From Mobula hypostoma (Eukaryota), in the NCBI RefSeq assembly GCF_963921235.1, contig NC_086097.1, forward strand, positions 50,408,001 through 50,472,000: a DNA stretch of 64,000 nucleotides. The letters are read 5' to 3'. Positions 36,500 through 49,970 of the stretch are shown one piece after another. Under the pieces are notes generated by a model. It was not told the DNA's origin. It did no database searches and saw only the letters and a list, made by a program, of their open reading frames with translations. Both the position numbers and the translations under genes were made by a program. Numbering within the stretch: position 1 is the first letter of the stretch; each line of letters begins with the position of its first letter.

Positions 36500-39200
36500 A
36501 TTGCTGCACCTCACAATGTCAAGAAGTTGTGGCTTGGTAGCACTTTGACCGAATAAGCTGACTGCGTTCTTAAAGACAACCGTTTCCAAACTGAGACAGG
36601 CGGTGATCTGCCCGAGTTTGTTGCCAGATTATCAACTGCAATTTTCTCTGTCCATAACAGAATTAGAAATAGCGACCATTCCACAGTCTAGTGAAGAGGG
36701 CAGTTCCATCCTCACACTGAAGACATCCTCAAATATGCAGTGTTGTACTGGCATGGTGTTCAATGGGATGGATTCAATCCATGAAGCACTGTACACCAGC
36801 ATCAGTGAGGGAATTCTAATCCTTCACAGTCTGTTGTTTGCCTCATAATCCAGTCAATCACCAGGTTAAATAATATCGCCGACAACACACAGCCTTGCCT
36901 GACTCTTGCTTAGAGTTCAAAGATCAAATTGCAGTCCCACTGTGCAGCTGAAGTTAGCATAAAAACTCTGGATAAACTGGACAATTGTGGAATCTGAGAA
37001 TTCTCCAGAGCTTTCCCTGTGGATGCTATAAAAAGCCTTTCTAAGTCCACGAAATTCACATACAGTTGTCTCTGCCACTCTGTTTACTGTTCTGTGATGT
37101 TACGCTGCGAGAAGATCTGGTCGACACAGCCTCTGTTCCTCCTGAAGCCTGCTTACTCCTTCCTCAAGCACATATCGACAGCATCTATAATCCATTGAAT
37201 AATGTCTTTGGCGTGAATCCTGCTGGGCACTGACAGAAGTGTGATGCCACACCAGTTGTTGCAATCACTTAGCGCTCCTTTCATGGCAATCCTAACAATA
37301 ACTCCCTTTGTCCGGTTCTTGGCTACTTGTCCCCATTCCCAGATTATGGGAAACAGTGGTTCCAGGATGGCTGCTGCAACTTCTGGTTCAGCTGTGAACA
37401 GTTCAGTGTTCAAATTGTCATGTCCTGGAGATCGGCTGTTCTGTAATGAATTAAACGTAGCAACAATCTTTCTTGGGTGGATCTGTGTTGATGTTGAGGT
37501 CCTTTGCTGCCTCTTGTATGTCAAGTTCTTCATCTGCTGGTGGTCTATTCAGTAATTCTCTGAAATACTCTGTACATCATGCTGCTGGAACTTCTCAGTT
37601 GTCAAAAACAGACCGTTCTTATCTCTCACGGGACTGGATCTGGCCTGGAACTTCCTGCATACCAATTTTGAAAGCTTGTATTTATTTCCCTGATCACCCT
37701 GATTGGCTGCTGCTTCAGCCACCACTGCGTGTCTTCCACGTAGACTCTCTTCTCCTGTCCTACAAGTCTCTTCGCTTTCTTGTTAGCTTCAGTGTATGCT
37801 AGTTGGTTTCGCCTTAATTCATGTTAACTTTGCATCTAACACTTTCTTCTTAATTTAACACCTTTCTTCCAAGGCTGTCCATATTTCCTGCTGTATCCAT
37901 TCTTTGTTCTTCCTTTCAGCTCTGTATCCTAGACAAGCCTCGCTGCTCTCCTTGAAGACTGAGGCGGTCCGTTTCCATATTGTGTCGATCCTGTCTATTG
38001 CCAAATCCTCGTCGAGGTCTTACAAGGCCTGGTATCTGTTCTTAAGCTGAATAGTGAAGGCAGATCTCACACTGGTGTCCTTGGTTTTCAACATCAAAAT
38101 GTCTTTATACATGTTCTCTGGTCCTAGTGCTTCTCAGCTTGAGTTTCATACTGCTCCAATAGGATGGTGATCACTTCCTCTATCTGCTCCTCTCTTCACC
38201 TTTACATCCTGACAGATCGTCTCCATGTAATGTTGATCATTAAATGGTCACATCTATCCGATGAGCACCATGTCAGTTTGTGGATTTCATGGCGTGGATA
38301 GAGGGTCCCTCCTATGACCAGATTGTTCATGGCACAGAATTCCACCAGTCATTCACCACTGTTATTCATCATTCCACATCCATGAGTGCCCATGGTCCCA
38401 GTGCAGTGTGAGTTGTTATTTCCCACTTTGGTGTTTAGATCTCCAGTGATGATGATTATGTCTCTACCTCTGATTACAGCTGTTTGTAGAAAACATCTGT
38501 TTCTTCAATGTCACCGTTGTTAGACATTGCTCTGGATCACAGTCATGTTCACTTGCTTCCCTTCCAGCCTGACTCTCATCAGCCCACTCACTGTTGATTG
38601 GTTTCCACTCCCTCAAGCACTTCTCATTGCCTTTCTTCATAACAACAGCTACACCATCATGATGCTGACCATCAGCCCTTCCTGAGTATAAAGCTGTTTC
38701 ACCGGTTACTGCCTTTAGTCTGCCAGACCCTGTCCATCTGCTTTCCCTGACACCCTGTATACGTAGGTTGTAACAACACATCTCTGCAGATATTTGTGCT
38801 AGCTTGCCAGTGTTGTACGTAGTTCGTAGATTCCAAAACCCAATGTTGGTCATGGTCTTGGCAGTGTTCAGGGCTCCCTTCATTGTGCCAGTAGCTTCCT
38901 CTCATTTTTCACTACTATCAGTCATACAAATCCCAGGTGGAGACCCAGGAATACTGTCGCACACAGATGTGGAAGGATTCTTCATTGCTGACCAGTCCGA
39001 GTTGTTAATCCTATGCTGAAACCCCGAACCTGGGGGACTGGTGGACTAGTCTGGCCTCTACCCTTTGACCTGTTTGGCATTGGTGACCATACCAAAAGTC
39101 AAAGCACAAAGCCCTGACATCAACCAACACAACTCTCCAGGTCGTTGAGGCGCACAAGCCTCCAAACCCTATGACAAGGTTGTGGTCTTGTTGGAGGACA
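36500..39200 (-). mobile_element. RTE-clade LINE, degenerate, retaining 5' UTR, EN and most of RT
   Basis: IGFWNLRT...GVRESRWTGSG...LYSG...GVAVV (EN), SDHH, SPGHDNL..ELF, CNNWCGITLLSVPS, LRKE.AGFR.NRGCVDQIF, VRQGCVLSAILFNLVIDWIMR. Confidence 0.88.
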
Positions 39201-40069
39201 TCTCTTGTCCTGCAGAGAAAAAGGAGATTCTTACACTCACCAGATCAGGTAGCGTTTGTGGGGAGAAGTATAGATTTGCTGCTTTGAGTTGTAAATCTTT
39301 TTATCAGGACTTCTCCCTTGGTTTGAATATTGCCAACTTGCTTCCATACTCAATTGCTTCCACCCTTAGTCCTGAAAACCCTTCTTTTCATGTTACTCAA
39401 AGTACAGGAACAAATGATACTCAGAAGAATTCCTCTGGCGGGACATTGTAAAAAGTAGCCAGAGATTTAAAACTTTTTCTGGGCCTCAGTAAAACCTCCC
39501 CACGTCCTTACTATGGAATATGTCCACGTAATCTTCCAGCTGCCCGCCATGTTTTTCCAAATGTAGCATGTCAGCCAGTCAGGGTAAGTACTAGCAAATT
39601 TGTCATCCTTTTTATCCAACAAGCTGCAGTTGGATGGGGGCAGGGATGGTGTGCAGTGCAGAGTGAATGCTCTGCTTAGTATGAACTGATGCCTGGTGCA
39701 TAATTTGACTTGAACTTCAGGCTGGCAGAGAGCAACACATCAAGCAGACATCTCTTTGACCTGCTAATCTTCTGCCCTATCATATCACTGTTAAAAAGTT
39801 CAAGATTTACAAACTATCTTGAAATGTTCAAGACAACCTACTTGAAACAGTTCCAAAAACTGTCAGCCGCAGTGCTACACATCATGTCCAACCCATCACC
39901 TTCTGCAGATGGTCATACAGATTCAGCACTCTTGCTTGTGGAGTGGCAGTGGCTTCCAGAAGCAGGCAGTGAGAAAAGTTTGGTCAGTCGTTGGACACTC
40001 TTCTTTTAAATTTACAAAACCTGGATAATTAATGTTGATGATTGATGATTAGTCCAATTTGAAAGAAGG

Positions 40070-41055
40070 AATAAAGGCATAGACTATTTTCCAAATGGGG
40101 AGCGAATCCAGATATCTGGGAGCCCTAGTGCAGGATTCTCTAAAGATTAGCTTCCAGGTTGATTCAGAAGTAAGGAAAGCAAATGCAATGTTTGCAATCA
40201 TTTTGAGAGAACTAGAATACAAAAGCAAAGATGTAATGTTAAGGCTTTATAAGGCGCTTGTCAGAGCATACGTGGAGTCAGAGCAATCCTGCTGAAGGGT
40301 CTCGGTCCAAAACGTCGCCTGTACTCTTTTCCATGGACGCTGCCTGGCCTGCTGAGTTCCTCCAGCATTTTGTGTGTGTTGCTTGGATTTCCAGCATCTG
40401 CAGATTTTCTCTTTTTTGTGGAGTATTATGAGCAGTTTTGGGCCCCTTATCTTAGAAAGAATGTTACATGTCAATGTTTTTTTTCCCGTAAGCGTCATTT
40501 TAGGCGCCTGGATGAGGCGGGTGGATGATGTCTCTGGTATTGGGGGTGCGGGGGGGGTGGTGCGGTCTGAAATCTGAAAAATTCTGGAATTCTGAAATGC
40601 AACTGGCTCCAAGGATTTTGGATAAGGGATTGTGGACATATTTATTTATATCTGCATTTGCACAGTATGTCTACAGTTAACAGTTCCTGATGTATACAGT
40701 TTACAGATACTGTTTTAAAGATTTGCTAAGTATGCCCACAGAAAAGGAATCTCAGGGTTGTATGTGGTGATGTGTATGTACTCTGATTATAAAGTTTACT
40801 TTGAACTTTGAGCTGAGGAGGAATTTCTTTAGCCAGGGAGTGGGGAATCTGTGGAATTCATTGCCACATTCTGCTGTGGAAGCCAAGTCATTGGTTATAT
40901 TTAAAACAGAGATTATTGATTAGTAAGAGCATCAAAGGTTACTGGGAGAAGTCAGGAGAATGGGGCTGAGAGGGAAAATAAATCAGCCATGAAGGAATAG
41001 CAGAGCAGATTTGACAGGCTGGATGGGCCTAATTCTGCTTCTGTGTCTTATGTCA
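40070..41055 (+). mobile_element. CR1 3' fragment interrupted by Penelope, Tigger-like and Rex1-tail pieces
   Basis: LGALVQDSLK..QV..VRKANAMFAIILRELEYKSKDVMLRLYKALVR, which resumes at about 40415 and 40812 (NFFSQGVGNLWNSLP) and runs to the CR1 tail at about 41050. Confidence 0.7.
40565..40638 (+). mobile_element. Tigger/pogo-like (MER46-like) MITE terminus
   Basis: TCTGAAATCTGAAAAATTCTGGAATTCTGAAA...CTGGCTCCAAGGATTTTGGATAAGGGAT resembles the Tigger4/MER46 3' end as I recall it. Confidence 0.5.
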
Positions 41056-44000
41056 CAACAATGTAACAAGAGGTTATAATTATGACAATTTCTTAAGGAC
41101 AGAATTTTGCCAAAGAGAAAATCTGGCCTATTTTTCTTGCTAACTTCTAAAATGTGTGAAACTGAGTACCTTATTTAACAAACAAATCTGCCAGACCAGC
41201 TTTCTTGAGTTATATGTCCCACCACTTGGTGGCGCCATACTCTACAAAATTCATTAGAACAGGTTAACATTAGCAGCAAAGACAGAACGTTATGGCAGAT
41301 GTACGCTATTAGCACCATAAGTAATTTGCAATGACTTACTGTTGGATGGGACAATAGATACCATGCCTTCTGAAGATCATCTGTAAAAATGGCACTTGCA
41401 AAGGATTTTCTTTTGAAATTGTTCTGTCAAGAATTCGTAACTTCAATTTTCCATTTTTCATAATTTTACAACACATATTTAAAGTTATCAAATCTCATAA
41501 AGAATCATCTTTAGTAGTGCCAATCACTTAATGACAAGAAATAAGACAGTAAGTAATAGTGGCATTCATAGGGATAGGTATTCTGTTCTTGCAGAGGCTC
41601 GTAGAGTATCTACAGCATTTTTTGGAAGGTGTTAAATTCTGCATGCAGGGGTACAGATAGAGTGAAACATCAAAGCTTAACTCCATTCCCCAAAAATTAG
41701 TGAGTTATTTTCTCAGGTGTATGTGCATCTGTGTCCAAATTATGTGTTTAATATGTGTCTGCCCCACCCTACTGCAAACTATCCTATAATCCATCAAGCT
41801 GATTAGATGGTGGCTTTGATAAGATGTGAGCTTCATCAGTAAACTGTTACTTTCTTGCCTGTTATGGTAGGTTTTAACTATGCATGTTGAATCGATGTAG
41901 AAAAGTGAAGGGGGGTCTAAAACATTGCCACTTGCTAGATGAATGGCCCATGATTTTTCCCGTACACCAGTGCGGATGCCAGGGCCTCAGGCAATCCTCC
42001 TGGCAGCTTAAAGAGCAGGAGGACATTATCATCTTTGTTACCAAGCGAAGGGAGTATTAAAGTGGTTACAGTATAGGTAATGGTACCCAGTTATCAGAAT
42101 CAGGTTTAATATCACCTGCATACATCATGAAATTTGCAAAAGCAGTATATTGCAATGCATAATTTAAAAAACTGTGAATTGCTGTATGTGTGTGTGTGTG
42201 TCTATATATATCTATAGGTTTCTGCAGGGTGAAGGTGCACAGGGGCCTAATCTTCCCCTCTGCTGGGACTCGAGTGTAGAGGCCAACATGACCAGCAGAC
42301 TGGAGGGAGAATTCAAAACAGATAAAAGCACCCAAGGCAAGGCTGGAAACTCAAATAAAGTTGAAAGATCTGACAAATCTGGACAAAATAATAATCTCCA
42401 TTGTTACAGCACCTTCTGCGTTTAATGTGGTACTTCCATTGTGTACCACATTGCACCAGTGTCACACAAACACGTACTTCTACTGTAATTAAAAATAAAC
42501 TATCGTTGCAGACTGACCTGCTGAGTTCCTCTAGCACTGTGTGTTTGTTGCTCAGTCTTGTGTGGCCAAAATAATAATCCGCATTGTTATGGCTCCTTCT
42601 CTATTTAATATGACCTCAATGTACCAGCGTCACCCAAGCACTCTCATCCCTCTTTCCACGTACTTTTACTGCAATTAAAAGTAGACTCTCAGCCTCTCCA
42701 TAGATGCCGTCTGACCTGCTGAGTTCCTCTAGCATTTTGCGTTTGCTGTTCTGGAGAATCCCTTATGTTTAAGCATTTCCATGGCTTTTGCAGTACTGAA
42801 GTTCAGAGGAAAGCATGACTTCAGCAGTCTTGTCTTGTTGCCATTAGGTCATCTTATTTGTGTCAAGCTGTTTCTTGCTGAAGTGTTAGTTACCACTCAC
42901 ACTACTGCTTTAGGCAAACCCAATTTGATGTATAAATTACTCACCAACCACCAATACACAAAGGGTGTAATTGTTCTGGCCAGTGTGATCACTGGCACAT
43001 GTTTGGCTGTCAGGGGATTTTGTTCATGAATCTCACAAATGGTGCTGATTTCAGTTGGCTGTGTGTGCTGTGCCATTGGTACTGTTACTTTCATGCTTTT
43101 TTACCTCTGAACCGACTGCGGATAACCACAGATACCGTCTCTAAGTTATGAATTACAATAAAGATCCCAGAAATGACGTTGTATTTAGACTTAATGTTTC
43201 TGTTTGAAGAACCTTTGTTCTGATGAAGGGTCTTGGACTTGAAATGGTATCACACATGCAGTCTGATTGTTCTGAGTATTTTCTGTTTTGTTTTTCAGAT
43301 TTTCAGCATCCACAGTTCTTAAAAATTTTCAATTACATTTCATATTTTGTTTTTTGGGTGAAATTTCAATCACTTTTTGTCCTTTATTGTTTGATTTATC
43401 AACTTAAGCTTGCATGTTTCACAATTTTTGATCCAGTCTTCATAGCTAAACTTCTAGTTTGTTTTAAGACTGTGTTCACTGAGCCTTTAATCAATGGTTT
43501 CAAACATTCTTTGCTGGTGTAATCTCCCTTTTCTTCAAAACATGAATATTGAGCGATACTTCAAAAAGGCGGCATCCATCACTCGGGACGTGCCCTCTTC
43601 TCATTGCTACCATGAGGGAGGAGGTACAGGAGCCTGAAGGCTCACACTCAATGATCAGGAACAGCTTCTTCCTCTCTGCCATCTGATTTGTGAATGGTCA
43701 TTGAACCCATGAACACGACCTCACTATTTTTTTTTTCTTTTTGCGCTACTTATCTAAGTTTTGAAAATATATACATATAATGTAATTTACAGTTAAGTTA
43801 TGTTTTGCAATGTACTGCTGCCACATAACAAAAAAATTTACGACATATACCAGTGATAGTAAACCTGATTCTGATTAATCCTTACTAACACAGCCGATTG
43901 GACATGTGCCATCAATTAATTTAACCCTGACATTTCTGGTTTTACATGTTCCTAATTACATAAAATGTGCAAATATAATCACATTTACATTATAAAGATT

Positions 44001-47000
44001 AAGTTTCTTCCCATCACCAATTGTATTTACAGTCCTTTGCTCCAAATATTTACTCACCATTCATTTTATCAAAAAGCATAACAGTGATAGTAAATTTGTA
44101 AGTGATTATGATGGGTCTTGTGTAGGTGGCATTTGATGCAATTTCATAAATCCAAGAGTATTGAATAAAGTAGCAATGAAACTTCAATCAACATCAGTGT
44201 CTTGTTGCAGGCTAGTATATTTCGTTTGAAGAGGATGTAAGAATCCAATATATAAAAACTCAAAAGGTAAAGTTTGTTAGCTGAATGTATATTTTAAAAG
44301 CTGGAACCTAGATCAGCAGGGACTGTACATGATGATCTAGAAAGAGGCAAAATTAATTTCTTCCAAAATTCTAAGCCATACGGAGAGTTACTGAGAAAGT
44401 TAAGAGATGACGTTATTAAAACTCACTGGCAAGATAGAATAGTGTGATGTAGAAATTGACTTCAGAACATTTGGTAGAAACTATGTATAATTATATGATG
44501 TTGTGAAAAAAACCCTCAATGAATTGAATGAGACAGAATGATGTTTCAAAGTGAGGCCCAAGCTACTAGAGGCAGGAAAGAAACTCTTCTAAATGCACAT
44601 CCGGCTGTAAAATCTGCACATCCCTGCACGCCTCGTTGCCACTTTGGTGATAGAGAAGCAATGGAATGCTTGACAAGACAAAGACTATACACATGAAGCC
44701 CAGGAGAAAATACTCTCTCAATGATATAGACATCAATAAAGCATAGAAAGAATGAACTGTAAGATAAATAATATTTCTTGCACACATTTGAAATAGATCT
44801 GTACATAGAGAGAATGAAAATATGTACCTGCATTTGAAGAGAATATTAATTTAATCCTCAGTTTGTATAATGCCTTATTTAGCATTCTTACAAAAGCAAC
44901 ATGAGTAAAACAAATATATAATGGTATATTATAAAACCAACTGTTAGTAAAAATGGTTCTTCATTATTAAAACAAAATAAAATGATTGCAAATATAGTGC
45001 TAATTAATATTTTTACAACTTTTGATGTCTACCTGTAGGGCGCAGTTTCTGAGTTATGCACTTAAAGAAGCACTATTCTTATGTGATATTCATGTTGTCC
45101 TATCATCTGACTGAAAATGACAACATTGCCTAACCATACTGTGAAATAGATAAGAGAGGATTTTTCATCATGTGGGTTTGAAATATTGCTGTTTTACTGA
45201 TATGAGAATTGAAAAGAATAGGAAATCAGTAAGTTAAAGAAAAGAATGATACTATAGTGCCTGGGTGTGGCACACATCCATCACGGTTCAATCTGCTTGA
45301 GATGGTTGCTTTCTTTATGGTGCCGTATTGAATAGACTTGACATATGTATATTGATAGTCTTATTCTGTTGATGCATCAAAGCCAGTCCAAACCTGTCCT
45401 CATCATGTAATAAGACAGGTCGATGAACATCCCAATTACACTGCAGACAACACTGGCTGGCTTTCTTCCTCCCTATCCCAGGAATGTTGTAGTTTACAAT
45501 GCCTAGCTAAAATCCACAAAGACATTATAGTCTGGCGATTGCAGCACAGCGAACACAAAATCAAAGAAGTTATTAATTCCAACATGTCAGTGCCTACATG
45601 ACTTCCTTTCCCATCTTTCTTCATCTGATCCTAATTCTATGCTACAAGTGTACTCACTCCGAAACTGTCAAAATTGTTCAAATGCAGCCAAGTTATTCAC
45701 TTCAGATATTCCAAGTTCCACATTCTGACCATTCTCTGGGTGAAAAAAATTCTCTTTAATTTCAAACTGGAAACACTTAGCAACCTCTAAGCGTGCCCAC
45801 AGTGCATGTATGCGACCTGTTCTGCACCTATCACAAGAATCTGCAACTGCTGCTCACTAGGCCTCCACAATATTTTGCTCCTCTCTCAACCTGTGGACTC
45901 CCAAACTTGCTTTAGAAAATAAGACCTACTAAATGCTACTCCGATAAGGCAAAATATATATATAAATAAAATCTGATGGAAGTTATCTACAGAAGCATAT
46001 TTGAAATTATGTTTTTAATTCATTTACATTTATTTCCATTTAAGTGAAATTTTGTTTGTCGGTATTGCTCTTCAAGGGACTGTAAATGTCACAAAAACAT
46101 AGGTGCATTCCTCGGGTTCCTCCATTACCAGGGACTTTTGGAATAACATCTGCTGATATCACAGAAATACTTAAAGAAAATCTAGGTCCTTCAAAAATAT
46201 CTGGAGTGCACAGACTGCGTACTTTTCTTGCCAAAATAAGTGTCCAATGATGCATGCATATCACATCTGTGATATCAGCATAACTTACACACATTTCCTC
46301 CCCTAACATATTTTAGGGAAGGAAAGCAGCTGTCATCTGGTCTGGCTTATGCTTGACTCTGGTCCCACATCAGCACAGTTGTCTCTCAGCTTCATTGTGA
46401 AACAGCTTGATAAAGCCACTGAATTGTATCAAACTGCTAAAAAGAATGGGGGGGGGGGAGTGGTGCAGTAAGCTGTAACCTGAACAATAGAAAACTGACA
46501 CAATGAATAGTCACCAAGCCAAGATGGATCCTGCAAAGTTGTCTTCCGTAAAAAATATATAATAATGTTGAAAGAGAAACAACCTGATGTAGTGATACTC
46601 AAAGAAGCGTGCCCGTCAGTTAGTGTCTTAGGCTCCTCCAGACCAGATACGTCCTATCCCACTGGCAAAACTGAGCTATTAAAGCTGACAGCACCGTGCT
46701 GTTCGGCAGATAAGGTATGATCATGGAAGCCAACTGATTCAGGGACACTGTGCCTCTTAACTTTAGTGTAAAGTATTGAGGGGAAAAATACTGATTGCAA
46801 ACTACCACTGTCCCTGAAATAATGCATCACTTTTCTATGTTGAACACCACTTGAACAAAAATCGAAGGTAGCAAAAATTCTACATTATTCTCCCAATTTT
46901 TCTGTCTCCATTCTCCCAGAAACACAATTATATTCTTGACCCATTTCACTAGCCGCTATAATCAATTGATAATTCTCTGGCATTTCTGATATCTTGGGTA

Positions 47001-47299
47001 TAATCCCATTCCTCCTTCAAAATAAAAAAAAATTGTTGGAAATCTTAAGTACAAACTGAAAATAGATAAAGTACTTATCGGGTTAAGCAGCATATGGAAA
47101 GAGAAAGAGTTAATGCGTCAGGTTGAATCCTCTGTGTCAGAACTGGGAAGAAGAGAAAACGTGAATACCAAAAGGCAAAGAGAAAATCTGTGATAGTTTG
47201 AGTCCAGAGTTGCCCTGGGATAAAATCTAAATAAAGTTAGTTAATGATTAATGGTGGGGGAGTAAGGGAGAGAGAATATGGTGCTTTGCTCATTAAAGC

Positions 47300-48200
47300 T
47301 TTGAAAAGAGATTGAAATCACGGACTAAGGGAAGTAGGAATTGTAAAATATGTGGGTGAGGCAGTGCTAGTAGAGAGAGAAGAATTCTCGGATAGACAAT
47401 CTGGCATTTTCCGATACAGAGCAACTGAGTTATCTAAAAGTGCAAAATTCAATGTTTTCTTCTGGAAGGCTGCAATGTATCCAGACATAATGCAAAGTAC
47501 TGTTCCTCAAGCTAATACTGGGCCATGTTAAAGCAGGTCAGCTGGCCACGGTCAGACAGTGGGAGCAGGATGGAGAATTAATGTGGCAGGCAACAGGAGG
47601 CTGGAGACGAAATACAAGTTTTCTACAAGGCTGTCACCTAATCTGCACCATTTCCACAATAATACGTGTTCTACATGTAGGAGGTTATTCAAGCCCATTG
47701 AATCTATGTCTGCTCACAGAGCAATCTCATTCCCCCCATTAGTTTTCTCTGTAACCTACATCCTCATCAACCCATCACACATTCCATTACTCTCAAATGC
47801 TATGCATTGAGTGTTGGTCTTTTTTTAATTGGGTTCTTTCAGGTTTCTTGCTTTGTGGCTGCCTGCAAGCAGGCAAATCTCAAGGTTGTATAATTTATAC
47901 ATACCTTGTACTTTGAATTAGGGGAAACGTATGGTGACCCACTCATCTACCAATCCACAGTAGAGAAGGGAGTCACAGACTGCGATACTGAAGGTGTGCC
48001 TGGTGGTGGAATCTCATTTAAAACTGTGAAAATTGTGAAGGATGATCCATTGAATGCAGTGGCTAGTGGGATGGAGAGTGAGGACCAAGGGACCTCTATC
48101 CTTGCTCCGTCCGGGAGGGGAAGTTTGGGAAATAGTTGGGATGTAGTGGGTTAGCTATGTGGAAGGAGAAGATGATTCAGGAAGATTGTAGCAATTACAA
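47300..48200 (-). mobile_element. Penelope-like element remnants
   Basis: Reverse-strand similarity to the PLE pieces at 3360-3770 and about 34090-34390 (TTCAATGTT...GGCTGCAATG...CTGTTCCTC; GGTGGAGAGTGAGGACCAAGGG-like). Confidence 0.5.
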
Positions 48201-49004
48201 TGGAAACGGAGAATTGGGAGAATAGAGAGCAGTAATTAAAAGAGACTGAATGGGATGAAGAGTGGTTGAGTTAGCTATGGACGTTTGTAGCTTCGAAATG
48301 GACCTCTGTGGTGTTTGTGGTGGAGGCAGATCAGGAAAGTGAGGAGGAATCACAGATGATTCATGAGAGTGGGTTGCAAATTGGCAGCAAAAGTACTGAA
48401 ATCTTTGAGTTCTGTATGAGGCAGGAAGCAGCAACAACATAGTCATTGATATACGAAGGGCTTGAAAGTCCCCAAAAAGAGAAATGAGGACTGTTCTTCA
48501 TATCTCAGATTTCAGGGAATCAGCTGTCACTACTGTCAACTGCAACAGTGCTGGCTCCCACAACTATTATGCTTACAGTTCCTTAATCCCTGGACCACTG
48601 TTCTCTCCACCTTCACTCTAGCTGCTCTGCTTTGCTGTGTTCTGCATCAGTGTGTCTGAAATGCCTTGATTCTACTTTAGCCGAGAACTCCGCCCCATTG
48701 GGTTTGTGGGTCCCCCAAATATTTGCCAAGTTACCATCGCCCCTTTTCCTTTCTCCCTTGCCAAATCCGCACAAACTTCTAGGAAAGTAGAGGTGATGCC
48801 GTGCTTTCTTTGAAATGGCACTGGTCATTGGTGAAATGGTGCTGCTCCCAGGATAGATCCTCTGATCTGATAATACCCAGGAATTTAAAGTTACTGATCC
48901 TCTCTTCCTCCCATCTCCTGATGAGCACTGTCATAAGGATCCCGATTTCTTCCTCCTGTGGTCTATAATCAGCTATTTTGTTTTGCTGATATTGAGTGAG
49001 AGGA

Positions 49005-49970
49005 CATAGGTTCAGAGATCCAGGCCCTTCGGCCTATTGAGTGCATGTTGTCCATGGTGGCCATCCAGCTAAACTCAACTTCCTGTGTTTGGACGTATCC
49101 TTCTAAACCAGGGGTTCCCAACCTTTTTTATGCCATGGACCAATACCAATAAGCAAGGGATTGGTGGGCCCCAGGTTGGGAACCCCTGCTCTAAACTCTG
49201 CATCTCCATGTACCTATCCAAGCTGTTATTATTGCACTTGCCTCGACCACTTTTTCTGGCAGCCTGTTCCTATACCCACCACCCTTTGTGTAAAAGATTG
49301 TTCCTCAGATCTCTTCTAAATCTCTTCCCTCTCACACTCGAACCATGTCCCGTAATTTTGCTCTCCACTGTCCTGGGGAAATGACTGTGACCATCCACCT
49401 TACCTATGCGTCTCATGATTTTAAACATTTCTATAAGGTCACCCCTCATTCTCCTACATTCCAGGGGAAAAAGACGTAGAGTGTCTAACCTCTCTCTGTA
49501 ACTCTGATTCTTTAGTCCTGGTAACATCCTTGTCAATCTTTTCTGCACCCTTTCCAGTTTAAGCATATTTTCCTATAACAGGGTGACAAAACTGCACACA
49601 GTACTCCCAAGTGCAGCCTCACTAATGTTTTATTCAACTGCAACAGTATGTCCCAACTCCTATACTTGATGACCTAACTGATGAAGGTCAGCATGTGAAA
49701 TGACCTTTTCACCAACTAAAAAACTGCTTTCAACAAATTATGCTCTTGTACTCCTTAGTCCCTCTGTTCCATTCAAAATGCATCACTTCAAATTTACCTG
49801 TATTGAAATCCATTTGCTACTCCTCAGCCTATTTCTCAAACTAATCAAGACCCCCTGTAATCAATGATAACCTTCTTCACTTCTCCTAGTTTCATGTCAT
49901 CAGCAAATTTACTGATCAAGCCTTGTGTATTTGCATCCAAGTCATGTACATATTATAAACAAATAACAAG
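49005..49970 (-). mobile_element. CR1 3' fragment (minus strand)
   Basis: MLKLERVQKRLTRMLPGL...RGDLIEMFKIM...TGHGSSVRGKRF and KFADDMKLG remnants. Confidence 0.85.
49109..49188. mobile_element. 80-bp hAT (Charlie-type) MITE
   Basis: Perfect 16-bp TIRs CAGGGGTTCCCAACCT / AGGTTGGGAACCCCTG. The 8-bp TSD is TTCTAAAC (49101-49108) and CTCTAAAC (49189-49196). Confidence 0.9.

Noticed and set aside
46086..46250. 54-aa plus-strand ORF MSQKHRCIPRVPPLPG...RTFLAKISVQ
   Set aside because: No recognisable homology or supporting splice or promoter context.
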